Shown: positions 44,701 through 56,779 of the stretch, piece by piece
Layout of the letters: each line of letters begins with the position of its first letter
Numbering within the stretch: position 1 is the stretch's first letter
Assembly: GCA_039621445.1 (NCBI GenBank)
Contig: CP154954.1
Span: 27,020,123 to 27,084,122 of the forward strand
From: Euglena gracilis
Taxonomy: Eukaryota
Direction: 5' to 3'
DNA: 64,000 nucleotides
The notes under the pieces: generated by a model
Seen by the model: only the letters and a program-made list of their open reading frames with translations
The model's database searches: none
Told to the model about the DNA's origin: nothing
Made by a program: the position numbers and the translations under genes

Positions 44701-46886
44701 ACACCAAAGTCATTTGGGATGACCAAATGCGCCAGGCCCTTGAGAAAATCAAGGCTTTGCTTTTGGAGAATGTTGTGCTCGAAATCGCGGACCCGTATAA
44801 ACCCTATGTCCTGGAAGTCGACAGCAGCGATTACGCTGTTGGCGGAGTTCTTAGCCAGCATAATGCGGCGAATGAGCTCCGACCTGTGGCTTTCTTCAGC
44901 AGAAAGTTACAGGGCGACGATGGAAAAGGTCAAGTCAAGTGGAGTATACGCGAGAAGGAAACCTACGCAATCGTGCTTATACTCCAGAAATTTCGAAGCT
45001 GGGTAGCCAGCAGCCTTGTCCAGATCCTCGTCAAGACCGACCATGAGAGTCTCCAACACTGGTACACCGAGGATTTGAACAAGGCCATGTCATCGGTCGG
45101 AAGGCGATGCAGATGGCATGAGTTCTTGAGTCATTTTAACCTTGTGGTTATCTATACCCCTGGTCACACACAAAAAGTAGCGGATCCGCTCAGTCGGGCC
45201 CCTTGGTATTACCCTGGGAACCCGGATGAGGGAGACGCGACTTTTCATGGAAGTCAGGAAGCTGACGAGTACGCACGTCGAAACGACGCTGCGGACAATC
45301 TTTTGGATTCTTTTCCCGTTTCACAACTATTCCTGGTCGCACCAGTGCGCGGAAGGCGCCGACGTGGAAGCACGTCCGGGCCCCGGCGTATTACGCGCAC
45401 GGAGTCCCCTTCCCCACTGTTCTTTCGCGAATGGGATTATAGTCGTGACCCGGTGTATGACACCATTGTCACCAGACTTCGTAATGGCGAAGTGCTGGAC
45501 AATTACACTCTTTCACCTTTACGGTTGGTTTTTCGCAATGAATCGGGTTACAAATATTGTATCCCCCAGGACCTGGTTGATGATGTGATTTTGTGTTATC
45601 ACAACCATGGTCACCCTGGGGCCCCCAAACTTCTTTCGTTGGTGGGCCGCAGGTATTGCACAACCCTGAGCGAGAAAGAGCTTTACTCACGCTGTTTGCG
45701 AATAGCGCAACGGTGTCAAATTTGTCAAGCGGTAAAACCCCGCAGAGGTACCCCCCCTGGTACGATGGACTTTTTCCCCGTACCCCCTGACATTTTTACA
45801 TCCCTCTGCATGGATTTTCTGGAATTAGAACCGTGCAAAGGAACAGACGACAAAATTTACGATTACGTTTTTGTTGTCGTCTGCAGGCTGAGTGGGTACA
45901 TTGTAGCCATTCCATGCCAGAAGTCAGGGTTGACTGCCCAAAGTTTGGCAACTATATTTTTGGAGAAATGCATTTGCCTGATGGGTTTACCGAATGAAAT
46001 CGTGAGTGATCAAGACCATTTGATTTCTTCAAGGTTTTTCACCACTTTGTGCGGTTTACTCGGAATCGAGCAACATTTTTCCATTATATACCGACCCAAA
46101 GGCAATGGTAGGGCCGAGGCAGCCGTGAAATCCGTCGTGAATATGCTTCGCCTTTCACTGGCTGACTCGCGCAGCAACTGGATATCAGTTCTACCATGGT
46201 CTTTGTTTTATATCAATACCCTACCAGGGTTGGTTTTACCTCACTCTCCTTATAAATTAGTTTTCGGACGGGACCCTCCGGCCATAGGGGATGTCCCTTC
46301 GGAGAGACCCGCCCGAACGAGTGTCAGTTGCGAGACCTGGTTTGCGGAAGTAGAAAATCTACGTTCTGCGGTTCAGAAGCGCGTGACTGATATTCATGCA
46401 ATCAAACGGAAATCGTTTTTGCAGAATTTCAAGTCACCTGTGTATAGTCCCGGTGACCGCGTGTGGGTACGGAATAGCCGTACTCGCATGCAGTCTTCCA
46501 AGCTGGACCCCCTCTGGCTCGGCCCCTGTGAAATCCTAGAAAGACTAGGTACCAGCGGGCGTTACAAGGTTGCATTACCGAATGGTGTTGAGGACGTTCA
46601 TATGGACGACTTCAAACCATACCTGTCGCCACCGGATGGGAAACCCATCCCGTGTTTGCACTTCAAACCCCGTTCCAGATTACCTGAGACGGACGACTTT
46701 GTAGTCGATAAAATTATCGATCACAAAATCGACAAAGGTATGCACCTTTGGAAGGTCCGCTGGAAAGGGTATGGGCCCGAGGAGGACACTTGGGAGCCGG
46801 CAACCAGTTTTGTTGGGTATGTCCAACAGGATTGGAAGCTGTGGAATAAGAAACATAACATTGATGTTTCCATGACAAGTTTTTGA
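41787..46886 (+). CDS. pol: Pol of element B, intact: PR - Cys cluster - Dam-like MTase (~43220-43635) - RT - RNase H - integrase - chromodomain
   Basis: Single open frame (1684 aa from ATG 41832), in frame with gag after the TAG at 41784-41786. All catalytic motifs as in C. Confidence 0.96.
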   Translation, partial: GSPRSEGTDLWADEQMEVRPDQPYPPCPSAFTVSTRNYFGSPTPHSTFPLGMLSKVGKGSWESWHANVFPPDPSLCVPPMELLVQAEIRIQNFSTKVKILIDTGCRIALLFRLGLIPTPLLVSAKKPIKNTTADNTPMCGGDLGCVLEILLPIIPKHHSQPPQLQHFTNIWGYESGIHGSDVILGYPFLRQYRLVVDCHSHGLRTALTTSLTPKPPSPLSSTMMTTALPTPLPTMATPLPTTPTTVFHTRGTEKASPLPNDTPTCVPHEAGQASSGTPAVPLGYKTKAQRPAVITVSSSRPATPPLRFPPVVPNPGTPVQDSPANAIDTHLHAHLSHHHTSFQCVHCRRISTQSDFDCGCLVENPTLIAIPKTESTPHDTLGCSPQCAEIHRVLQQRGLASLFGNAKSAIPNYNRDHTCYGFDAEWGNPQPDQTPLGLTLVVVEDSPHVCGSIHCVSTLQPEDRVHEYAKRVWNAFNFGQYRILERWFSKIATLADSFDLALEIDAFSSNAHARLPRHWSQHSNAFDKFWGDTVLWMHPPPQLIERAVEKILRDEARGVILIPIIPEAEWFTQLSYVCFHWWDLPTNVPIFEDFCGKILPPLQEIIFRVCFFDAFGMSEFAVPRKLGSPRDTLAVSAVIESAGQHPNSAEFCSRITREFHGVLENPVYACDIDPAIRGPFGVCKIELKDGAKPMHRKFFRCSGEREQALNEMIEKLIQRKWIVPSKSEWTSQAFVVPKPPDPSGQKKWRLVLDYRYLNSQTRDDPFPLPLIEDLITKQSENRLWSIFDLEDGFHQMHLHPDSQPYTAFVTSKGVYQWTVLPMGVKNGPAMFQRMIQWVLRDLPFAIVYIDDVLVGTPPPTAKSSEDILVTHFHHVCAVLTAFQKHVLFAKGAKMHLFRILIKFCGHILSNGQQKAAQSKLEAIKKWTPEVIKTITHLKGFLGLAQYYAIYMKDFAKSAVPLTKQLKNRAVDNTKVIWDDQMRQALEKIKALLLENVVLEIADPYKPYVLEVDSSDYAVGGVLSQHNAANELRPVAFFSRKLQGDDGKGQVKWSIREKETYAIVLILQKFRSWVASSLVQILVKTDHESLQHWYTEDLNKAMSSVGRRCRWHEFLSHFNLVVIYTPGHTQKVADPLSRAPWYYPGNPDEGDATFHGSQEADEYARRNDAADNLLDSFPVSQLFLVAPVRGRRRRGSTSGPRRITRTESPSPLFFREWDYSRDPVYDTIVTRLRNGEVLDNYTLSPLRLVFRNESGYKYCIPQDLVDDVILCYHNHGHPGAPKLLSLVGRRYCTTLSEKELYSRCLRIAQRCQICQAVKPRRGTPPGTMDFFPVPPDIFTSLCMDFLELEPCKGTDDKIYDYVFVVVCRLSGYIVAIPCQKSGLTAQSLATIFLEKCICLMGLPNEIVSDQDHLISSRFFTTLCGLLGIEQHFSIIYRPKGNGRAEAAVKSVVNMLRLSLADSRSNWISVLPWSLFYINTLPGLVLPHSPYKLVFGRDPPAIGDVPSERPARTSVSCETWFAEVENLRSAVQKRVTDIHAIKRKSFLQNFKSPVYSPGDRVWVRNSRTRMQSSKLDPLWLGPCEILERLGTSGRYKVALPNGVEDVHMDDFKPYLSPPDGKPIPCLHFKPRSRLPETDDFVVDKIIDHKIDKGMHLWKVRWKGYGPEEDTWEPATSFVGYVQQDWKLWNKKHNIDVSMTSF

Positions 46887-47047
46887 GAACGCATGGGAAA
46901 CCCATGTTGTTTTCTCTTCTTTTATCATTGATTCTTATCATTCTTTCTTTCCGCAGACTTTTTAGCAAATAATACTCAAGCGGTTACCCTCACACACCTT
47001 ACAACCAACAACCCAAACATCCCACCGTACCGACCCCGGGCTGTATT

Positions 47048-50000
47048 ATGCTGCCCGGTGGAAGGGAGCCAGGCGGAGGACCGCCTTACCACCCCACCAC
47101 TCACCCTCAACCTGACCAGTATGCGTACCGATACGGTACGCAGCCACCTGCACGGACTGCGGCTCAGGGAAACCCTGAAGCCAGCAGCAGTAGCAGGATG
47201 ACCCAGATGCCCGCGGAAGCGCGGCCATCTCAGCCATCAGGCTCTCGTCGCCTCCCACCGTATGCGGGTGTGATGATCCACCGCACGGCGGAGACGATGA
47301 ACCGGGTTATGCGTATGAGCGCAAACCCGGCACCAGACCAACTCACACAGGCATTGTGGGATGACCACTGCCGTAAAGTTTTGACCATCGCGAATACCCC
47401 TCCAGCCCTGTGGTGTATGTGCGCCCAGGCGACGATGACCGGTCTGGTGTATTACACCGACCCGGACGCGTCGGGATTCGCGGCAGACATTACCATGCGT
47501 GACCTGGGCGTGGAAGTCCCGCCACAGGTCGCACGGCAGGTACCACCAGTTGGCACTTACACTGCACATTTTCGTGCTCACTCCCCCGGATTACCCGAGG
47601 AAGAGACAGTGGAAGCACCTGTCCGGAGTGAACACCCACGCGTGAAAGAAAGCATTTTTAGATCCCCTGAGCGCGTGCCCCGGCGGGATTATCCTGCAGA
47701 GGAGCATGTGTCTCAGTACGCCGTCTCTGGGGATTATCCCCAGGAGGCGCCAAGGCCACAGGATCAGTACGTATATCCACCTCAACCCCACCCAACTATA
47801 CCTGACCCTATCCCACGACGTCCTGCGGAGGGAAACCCTCCCCCGACGTCTGACTCTGCCCGAAGCGCTCGTCCGCGGGAAGCCGCGGCAGCGCCTCGTG
47901 CGGCACCAGTTCCCCCGGCACGGGATGAACCCGTTAACCCGTGGACTGGTCGGCCGTTCGAGACTGAGGAGGAGCGTCAACAGTATGAATATGCTGTGAC
48001 GATCCAACGACAAATCGCACGTCGCCCCCCTGTTTCCGCTGGCCAGGGATACCCTGCCCGGGCGGAAATGACACGGGAAGAGCGCCAGCAGTATGATGCT
48101 GCTGTGTCGGCTCTCACAGGAGTCCCAGCTCCATCACGATCAAGTCAACCAGCGCGACAGCAGGACGTTGCTGTGGCGGAAGCGCCTCTAGCACGGCCCA
48201 CAAGTTCTGCCGCCGGCAAGCGTGACCGCGGCCCGGAAAATCTGACGACGCAGCCACAGCGCCGCTCGCCGAGGTCGGAAAATCCGCCCGCGGCGATGCA
48301 CGTCGACGCTGAGGAGGAAGCTCCACCAGCGCCAGACGTGACGGCAGAACGGGCACGTCGGGAAACCCGACCATCCCCAGTCGCACCGGTTTACTCGAAT
48401 CGTGGTGATGCTGAGCAGGAATTTGCTCGGACGCCAAGCACGGAATCCGTGACTTACCCAGTGTTTACGCCAGAAGACCCAGAATACTGGGAATACTTTG
48501 ACCCATACCGGGCGACATTCGAATGGCTGTCAAACACAAAGGGCAAGGGTAAAGGAAAGGGCAAGGTAAGGGGAAAGGAAAAGGCCAGGAGAAAGGTGGG
48601 AAAGCCCCACCTGGCAAAGGCGGAAAAGCCGCCTGGTCAGCTCCAGGCAAAGGCGGAAAATCTGCCGGACCCCCAGCAGGTAAGGGCGGGAAAGCCGCCG
48701 AACCTTCGAAAACGAAGGATTATGACGTTGCCTCAGTGTTCAAGTACCTGGAGGAGATCTGGCCGAAAATCGACGAAGATCTCCAAAAGTTCACAAGGGC
48801 AGGCAACGTGATCCACCGACCACCGGATGCGGTGCTCGAAGTGGTGCAGAATCGTATGAACGATCACTGCAAACGTTTTTTCTACAGTGCCGAACTTCAT
48901 GCGTTCGAGGGATACCCTCATTCGAATGAAGTTGTCCTGGACCAGATGCCTGGTTTCTGGGAATTGTGGTTCTGGTTGGGATACCCCTGCCATAATTTCG
49001 GCATTTTTACCGACCGAAACGGTCTGACGTATACCGATTTCCTGAATACCTGTGAAGACGGCGAAACGTTCGTTGCACAGTTGAAGGAAATCTTCAACCA
49101 CATGTTTTTTAGCCAGCGCACTGGGAATCCAGTGGAAGTATTACCCCCTGCCGGAGAAACTCCAGGCACAGGCTGCGGTAATGTTCACGAACAACCTCCA
49201 AGTCTTCTTGGACAGCATGTATGGCATGCTGTTCAAGGTACTGGACGTGGACCTCGCGTACCCCCAGCGGTACAAACTGGAATGCCAGTTTTGCAAGGAA
49301 GTCCACATCGTTGACTTCTGGGGTTTCGGAGAACGCGGAAAACCGCCTCCGTCTGCCGAGAATGCCGGCAGCCAGCCGACCAGGAGATTCCTCCTGCATC
49401 AGTGCCGGAATCCCCAGATTGGAACGCAAGACCGAAAGGTGCTGAAACAGCACCGGCAGAAAATATTTCTGCTGCAGCAGTACTGGCACAGGGCGTGGAT
49501 TACCTACGTCCTGGAGGTCTACATATATTTCCTGGAATATATGACCGCCGATGTGGAAATCCACAGAAAGTGGTTGCCTCGGGGATATATGGAGGTGAAC
49601 GCCAGACCCAATGACCCAGACCAGCGCAGGATGAACCTGCGACCAGACTGGGAAGAGGCCGAAATCGGTCTCCAGGAACACCTGGATACCCAATTCGGGA
49701 ATATCCTGATATGGGAGGATTTTCAGATGTTTTTCGCGGCGCACGAAGGGGAAGTCCCTCGTTACGCGTTGCCACTGCCAGCATTCCTGGAAGAAACAGG
49801 AGAGTTTGGCGTGACTGACCATTGTCGACGGCAGTGGGAAGACCTTTGCTTGATCGACGATGATCAACCACAACCTCCACCCGAAAGCTGGGTGAGAGCG
49901 ACGTGGCCACCCCCATACCCCAACTCTGACAGGAGTGAAAGTATTAGCTTTTTCCGCCTGTCAAACGCACAAGGGTGCTACAGGAGCGGGAAAGACCCGC

Positions 50001-52480
50001 GTTCTGCAGCACAGCTACACGCAGCCGAATCCTCTCCGGAAGCGGACGAGGAGGAGGAGGAGGTCCCCATGCCTGAGGATGAACCTCAGCCAACGGAACC
50101 TCCGGCACGGGAAACCCGTAGCCCATCGGTAGTGATGCTGGATACTGTGGCAGAAACCGCCCAACACCCAGGATCACAAGCAGGTGAAATGACACCTGTC
50201 CCTCTATCACCAGCCTCACTGGGTACAGCGGGTGTACCAACCCCTCCGCGGGAAAACCCGCCGGAAACGGTACCCCACACGCCTGAGGTATTACGCCTCA
50301 AGCTCTCTGTTTCCGGGGAAACCCCGTCAACAGAAGAGCCAGCCGAGGAGCCCACTTCAGGTGAGGAGAGACGCACCTCACTGGGCGGACGCGTACTCGG
50401 TGGTTTACGGTCACTGATCGCAGTAGTCACTCCACGTGGCACTGCGGCCAGTTCTTCCACAGCTGCGGCGGAAACTGCCCAGCTGACGGAAGACACATCT
50501 GCAGCCATGGTGGAGGATGAACCTCCCCCAACGGCAGCGCCACCGCCAGTGTCGGAAGCGACACGGACGGAAGGCGGACAGACGGCCATGACTGTGGAGA
50601 CAACACCAGCCGTGTCAGTACAGGATGACCTGTATCGACACCGGCGGTACCACCGGACGCACGGGATGAACCCGTATATCACGGTACAGCCACAGTCACG
50701 GCAGAGAAGCGTCAAAGCACACGGACACCGGCGCCTGAAAGACAGGCCGAGCGGGCGTCCATGCCTCCACCACAGGCGCAGACAGCGAGAAGTGCAAAGG
50801 CTAGGGCTACACACCATCCCCCACGGCTACCCCTGGGAAACCTTCGGGAGCGCGAAGGAGCGTGTAGGACGACCATCAGCTCGGGAAACCCCCGCTGAAG
50901 GTCAACGACGTTCGGCGTCGGGGAAAAGACCCCCGTCCCAAGCGTCACCACGCACGTGGGCAAGCAACGAGACGCCGAGCGGCGACCCTCGGAGACTCCG
51001 GAAACCGGAAGCCCGAAGGCCCCCGGCGAAAAGTAAAGCCGGGCGCCGCACCTTGCAAACCCACACCGAAATCTGGTGATCAGCCCCCACCGAAAGGCGG
51101 TGGTGGTGCTGGCGGCCAGAGTGCTGCATCCTCTTCTCGGGGATTAACCTCGGGACAAGGATTCACGCATGTCACGTCATCCGGCTATGGGAAAACCTCA
51201 CAGCCGAAACCTCCGACAAAGGGGCAGGGAAAATCCCGCGCCTCGACAGCCGAGACACCTTCAGAAGACGAAGTTGTCATCGACTGGAACGCGATCAATC
51301 AGGATGACCCTGACATTCATGACCTGCACACACGGTACATGATGATTACACATAAATTGAGGACACAGCAATGCCTTAACCGGTGGATTGAGCCACTGTT
51401 CTGTCAGGGACGGAAATGGTCCTTTGATCAGAATGTGACCTGGAATTATTACAATTCCAGATCTCCCCGTGTTTTGGCCCAATTCTTCGGTGAGGAATTC
51501 CTCATCGACAAAACAACGGAAAACCGTTTTGTGTGGCTTTGCACTGTATGCCACAAGATGTACAACAGTGCACTTGACCTGGGATTACCCCTCGTCCATG
51601 TGTGCAACCCTGTGGATCGGAAATCGTTCCACAAGGATGTATACATCCCTAACTGTGCCGCCTTGGTATGCGCCAAGTGCGTGGACAGTTGGACCCACAA
51701 GCACAATTTCAGCTACACAGACCGAGACGGTACGAATGTACCAGTTCTCTGCGTCAACTGCCTTCGAGGTACCTTTTGGCACACTGCGGAAGGCGCAGTA
51801 CGCACAATCGTGCCAAGTGCCGAGAAGCCACTGGAGGAATACTCCACCTTGAACAAAAAGTTCAAGGACTTCTTCAAGTATGCCAACCTCAAGCTCGACG
51901 ACTACCGCCACACGGGAATGGCCCGTGGGTGGCAGATCGACAGTGGGGCGATACGCCTCGCTGCTGAGGAGGCAGGGGTAAGATTACCTTACCTCTGGGA
52001 AACAGCAGACAGGGAAAAGATACTTTTCCGCCTGTTCCAAAACCAGGACCGAAACGGTCGCTGGTGCCTGCCACAATGGCCACCCGAAAGCCACGGGATG
52101 ACCTGGAAAGACTGGCTTGGGGCCGTATTACGACCCCATACAGTCCGGGCGGAATGCGCCTATCACATGCCGATTGACTTCCACCCGGGGAATGCCCCGC
52201 AGGTGTCAGCCAATCACCCAAGGATGAACTACTTCATCTGGCCAGCACTCTGCCCAGGAAATTCTGGGAGAAGCTGCAATGGTTCCTCGCGGAAAGAGCG
52301 AGTGCAACCAAGCACACAGTCCCCGAAGGATGGGTTCGGGACTGGGTGGCACCTGATTTCGAATACGAATCGCCAGAAACCTGGCTCGTAGATAGGCCAC
52401 CACCACCACAATTCCAGATGGTCCTTGTGGAAGATCCCTTGGACTCCCGCCATGATTATTGGCGGCTGGAACGGATGTAA
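47048..52480 (+). pseudogene. ORF3 homolog of element B, split by several frameshifts
   Basis: Pieces 47048-48811, 48736-49314, 49181-51079 and 51339-52391 plus a tail ending LVEDPLDSRHDYWRLERM* at 52480 are colinear with ORF3 of C (RLPPYAG, PGFWELWFWLGYPC, VDFWGFG, CTVCH, YRHTGMAR, ANHPRMNY). Confidence 0.88.
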
Positions 52481-52849
52481 TGCCGAAACGGCATTACCAG
52501 GCTCATGTAAGGTAAGTGCCTTCATGGAGCCTGGACATCCATATCCTATATATATACAATGGTAGCGGAAATCGCTAAACAGCCCTGGGATGAACCTGGG
52601 TCTGTGTCACTCTACGCTCTGGATGGAAGCATCCAAGAGCACGCCCCCCCCCCCACCCCCACCAGCCCCCCTCTGCCAATGGCCATGCGGACGGAAACCG
52701 TCTGCGAGAGGTAATCGCCTCTTATTGCGTCGTGAAGGAGCTACTGCTGTGAAGACCTTGGCAGCCGGGAAACCTGGCAAGCCGCTAAGTGACACACAGC
52801 ACACAGCGCGCACGCCGTAATAATAGGCCAACTTGTCACTTTTCGGCCC

Positions 52850-53210
52850 TAAGGCCCTTAAGGCTGCCAGACAGCAAAAATTCTGTTCTGGCCTAAGCCA
52901 GCCCCCCTCTCCTCTCTACTTTCCCCCCACCCCCGCAAAGCTGTCGCCGGCAGTCGGTTTTGTAAGTAGGCTTTTGTTTCCTAGTGCGGATATGACCGCC
53001 TAGGAGCCCTATCCGGGTATGACCAGGATAAGAGCCTGCCCCCCCTTCCACACCTCTCCCTTGGGTTTTCAGCGAATCGCTTGACCAACCCCGCGTGCCT
53101 TTGGCACACCCAAAGTGGGTGGATGGGACACTTTGTCAGGAAACCTGCCAAGCCCCGTTTCCCACAGTGGGCTTTTTCACACCCCACCTAAGCCGAAACG
53201 GCTAATAGGT
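52850..53210 (+). other. Conserved, probably structured non-coding block in the 3' region of element B
   Basis: Homolog of 40516-40870. Confidence 0.65.
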
Positions 53211-53387
53211 AACCGCGAAACGCGGCTAACCTTTTGCGCGTTTTTGGGCTTTGGGTGGATGCCACTGTGCGGAAAGGAGAGACACCGAATGGAGAAGTGA
53301 ACCCCACCTAGGGCAGCGTCAGATATCCTGACTGGACTGGGAAACCCTGGTCCATGAAGGAAATCGGGCGTAGCCCTGGGAGGGGGA

Positions 53388-53814
53388 TGTGTACCAGGCA
53401 CGTCCCAGCTCTGTAGGATATCTGCAGAGTGGGTTCTGTGACGGTCGCACCACTGTGGAAAACCACAGCTGGTAGGATCGTGGCAGACCCTTCTGGGATC
53501 TGCCCCTGGACACGTCAGCACTTTTCTCTCCTTCCCCCACAGGTGGTATTCTTTACTCTCAGAATCTCCAAGTTTCACCATTGGTTTTGTCAGAGGGAAA
53601 AACCCTCGGAACAATCTACTTTGATCTCAGAAGAAACTTCTGAATCTTTGCTTTGTGCTTTGCTTCTTGGGGAATTGGGAAGAAAAGGGGAAAACCACTT
53701 TTCGTTACTCCAAAGACTTTTCCCTACCATAAGTAGGCTGCGCACCAAGGCGAAAGCGAAAGGCTTTTACAGAAAGTTCCAAAAAGGGGAAAAGGTAAGC
53801 TTTGGACGTACACT
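53388..53814 (+). repeat. 3' LTR of element B (427 bp)
   Basis: Direct repeat of 20482-20909, with the PPT before it and TSD AGAAG after it. Confidence 0.95.
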
Positions 53815-53819
53815 AGAAG

Positions 53820-55322
53820 GCGACGAGGCCGCTCACCTTGTCCCCATCACGTTACGCGATCTGAAACTCCTTTCCCCCTGTTTTTCCGCGAATGGGATCA
53901 CTCCCATGACCCTGTATATGGCACACTTGCGAAGTTTTACATAATTATTCCCTCTCCCCTTTACGTTTTGTTTATTGCGATGACGCGGGATATAAATATT
54001 GTATACCCCGTGACTTGGTTGATGAGGTACTTTTGCGTTATCACAACCAAAGTCACCCTGCTTCCCCAAACTTCTTTCTTTGGTCGGTCACAGGTATTGT
54101 ACAACCCTGAAATAAAAAGAATTACATTCGCGCCGTTTGCAAATTTTGCAAACGTGCAAAATTATCCAAGCGGTGAAACCGCGCAGAGGTCCCCTCCCTG
54201 GTACCCTTGACTTTTTCCGCGTACCCGCTGACATTTTTACGTCCCTCTGTATGGATTTTCTTGAATTAGAACCTTGCAAAGGATCAGAACGGCAAAATTT
54301 ACGACTATGTCTTTGTTGTCGTCTGCAGGCTGAGTGGTTACATAGTAGCCATTCCATGCCAAAAGGCAGGGTTGACCGCGCAAATTTTAGCACATATATT
54401 TATCGAGAAGTGTATTTGCCTAATGGGCCTATCGAATGAGAATGTCAGTGATCAAGATCATTTGATCTCTTCCCGATTCTTCACTGGGAATTACTGGATA
54501 TCGAACAGCATTTTTCCATTATATATCGCCCGAACGGCAATGGCCGCGCCGAGGCACCAGTTGAGGCTGTTGTAAATATGCTCCGCCTCTCACTGGCTGA
54601 CTCCCGCCAGGCGTCAGTCCAGGTTTTGCCATCGTCCCTCTTTTTTATAAACACCCCATACGGTTTAGTTTTGCCGCACTCCCCATATATAACTGTTTTT
54701 TTTTTGGGCGAGACCCGCCGGCGATTGGTGACACTCCATCTGAGAGACCGGCTGTAAGTAGCGTAACCTGTGAGACATGGTTCTCTGAAGTAGAGACTCT
54801 CAGAACTACTGTTGAAACCGTATCACCGATATATATTCTCAAAATATAAACAAATTTTGCAAATATTGAAAGCAGCTAGCTGTAGTGCTGGTGACCGCGT
54901 ATGGGTGCGAAATAGTCGCACCCGTATGCAGGCTTCCAAGCCAGACCCCCTCTGGCTCGGACCCTGTTAAAATCATGAACGCGCTGGTAACAGTGGCCGC
55001 TATAGGGTGGCACTGCCGAACGGGATCGAGAATGTTCACATGGATGACTTCAAGCCACATCTGTCCCCGCCTAATGGCAAAGCACTACCGTGCCTTTATT
55101 TTAAGCCCTGTTCAAAATTACTAGAAACGGAGTATTTTGTGGTAGACAAAATTCTCTATCACAAAATTGATCGGGGAGTCCATTACTGGAAGGTCAGTTT
55201 GAAAGGATATGGGCCAGAGGAAGACACCTGGGAGCCAGCCTCCAGTTTTGTCGGTTATGTGCAACAGGATTGGAAGCTGTGGAATAAAAGAAAAAAATAG
55301 ACATTTCTGTGAATAATTTTTG
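53820..55322 (+). pseudogene. pol: pol pseudogene of element A, 3' part (integrase, chromodomain)
   Basis: AVKPRRGPLPGTLDFF...[31 protein letters not shown]...[12 protein letters not shown]. Continues the sequence interrupted at 20481. Confidence 0.88.
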
Positions 55323-55427
55323 AAATTGGCCTATAGGCCTTTTCCTCGCCTCTCTGTTTTCTTCCAAACCCCAAATCATTTCTCTCTTCTTTTCCTACAC
55401 CTCATAAAGTTACTTTTTCTTGCCAGA

Positions 55428-56779
55428 ATGCAAGACCCAGGTGGGCGCGGCCCAGGCCTGATGCTCTCCCTCCCTACCGGCCAAACGCCTACGCGGCGGC
55501 CCCACCGGCCAAAGGGACGCCAGCATGTGCGGTATACCAACCCCCTCCTGCCGCTTTTGCGGCTCAGGCACGAATGCCACCACCCACTCAAATGGCTCAG
55601 GCACAAATGCCATACCACTCTCAGTCACATATGTCAGTCCCCTCTCGGGCACAAATGTCGCCCCCCTCTCAGGCACAACCGGCATCTGTCGCTCCTGCGG
55701 CCCCGGCGCCAATGGGAGCTGCATATGCGGCACAGCATCAACAGGCATATCAAGTTTCAGTGGAACAACCACCACCACAGCTTGCACACCAGGTTCCGGT
55801 GGAACAACAACAGCATGTGAGGCAATGACTGGCACCTCCAATGGGGCAGGCGCATTGCGCCATACCTGCCTCACCTCCCATCCTGTATACACCACGACGC
55901 AATCTCTCAGCAACCCCAACCCCAACCCGTACATGGTGTGCCACCACCACACCTTGTACACACCGTACAGGCGACGGCACCCTCTCCTGCTGCTCATCCC
56001 GTCCAGGAACCCGCGGCCCAGACCGCAGTTAGCAGCAGTGGTATATCCGCTTATGCGATCCCTGCGGCGCATGAGACACCCCAAGAAGCACCAACGGTCA
56101 CATACCCCGCATTCACCGCGGAATTGGTGAATCTCGCCGAGAAAACCCTGCGGACCGCCTTGCGCGTTAGCGCAATCGAAAGAGCAGATCCATCCTTGCA
56201 GGTGATGTCGGATACCCACTGTCGGCAGATTTTAGTCCTGGCAAATGGACCTATTGCACAATGGTGCGCCTGTGGCAAACTCCGATGACGGGAAAAGTGT
56301 ACGTCATGCGTGGGGAATATCCCCCTGACGTCAGCATGTGTTCACTGGGTATCCAGGTACCGCCGATTCCGCGGATACGTCATCGCACAGGTGCATTCAC
56401 CGAAAACATGCGAGAACAGAGCCCCTCAACGCAGGAAAGCAGGACGGGTGACATTCCAGCACAAACATTGCAACCATCGCGATTTTTTCGCGACACCCAG
56501 TCCCCATCTCATATGCCGAGACCACCCCCACCCGAATATCGGGAACCCCCAACGCAATATGTGTATCAGCCAATGACGCAACAGTCAGCTGACCAACCAC
56601 CTTTCCCTTTTCCTGCGAATATGGAAGCTGGAAGCCAGATTCCTGTACAACGGGACCAGCCTGTGGCTCAGGAGTCCACACCCTGTGCTGAGGAAGTGGA
56701 ACAAGCTGAGGCGGAAGGCCGCATGGCTGTGGAGGAGGAAGTACCAATGGACATGAACCTCTTCAATAACCCCGCTTAA
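55428..56779 (+). pseudogene. Truncated ORF3 of element A
   Basis: MQDPGGRGPG start, Pro/Gln-rich stretch, then YPAFTAELV...DTHCRQILVLANGPIAQWCACG...MTGKVY...LGIQVPP, homologous to the first conserved block of ORF3. Confidence 0.75.

Larger units (their letters stand above)
20482..53814 (+). mobile_element. Ty3/Gypsy chromovirus-like LTR retrotransposon B (16784 bp after removing nested element C and its TSD)
   Basis: Near-identical LTRs at 20482-20909 and 53388-53814, 5-bp TSD AGAAG (20477-20481 and 53815-53819), PBS at 20910, PPT GGGAGGGGGA at 53378-53387, internal gag-pol-ORF3. Confidence 0.95.

Noticed and set aside
55563-55690. Short CAGGCACAAATG-type repeats in A
   Set aside because: Low-complexity Gln/Ala/Pro coding repeats in a decayed ORF3 linker, with no independent significance evident.
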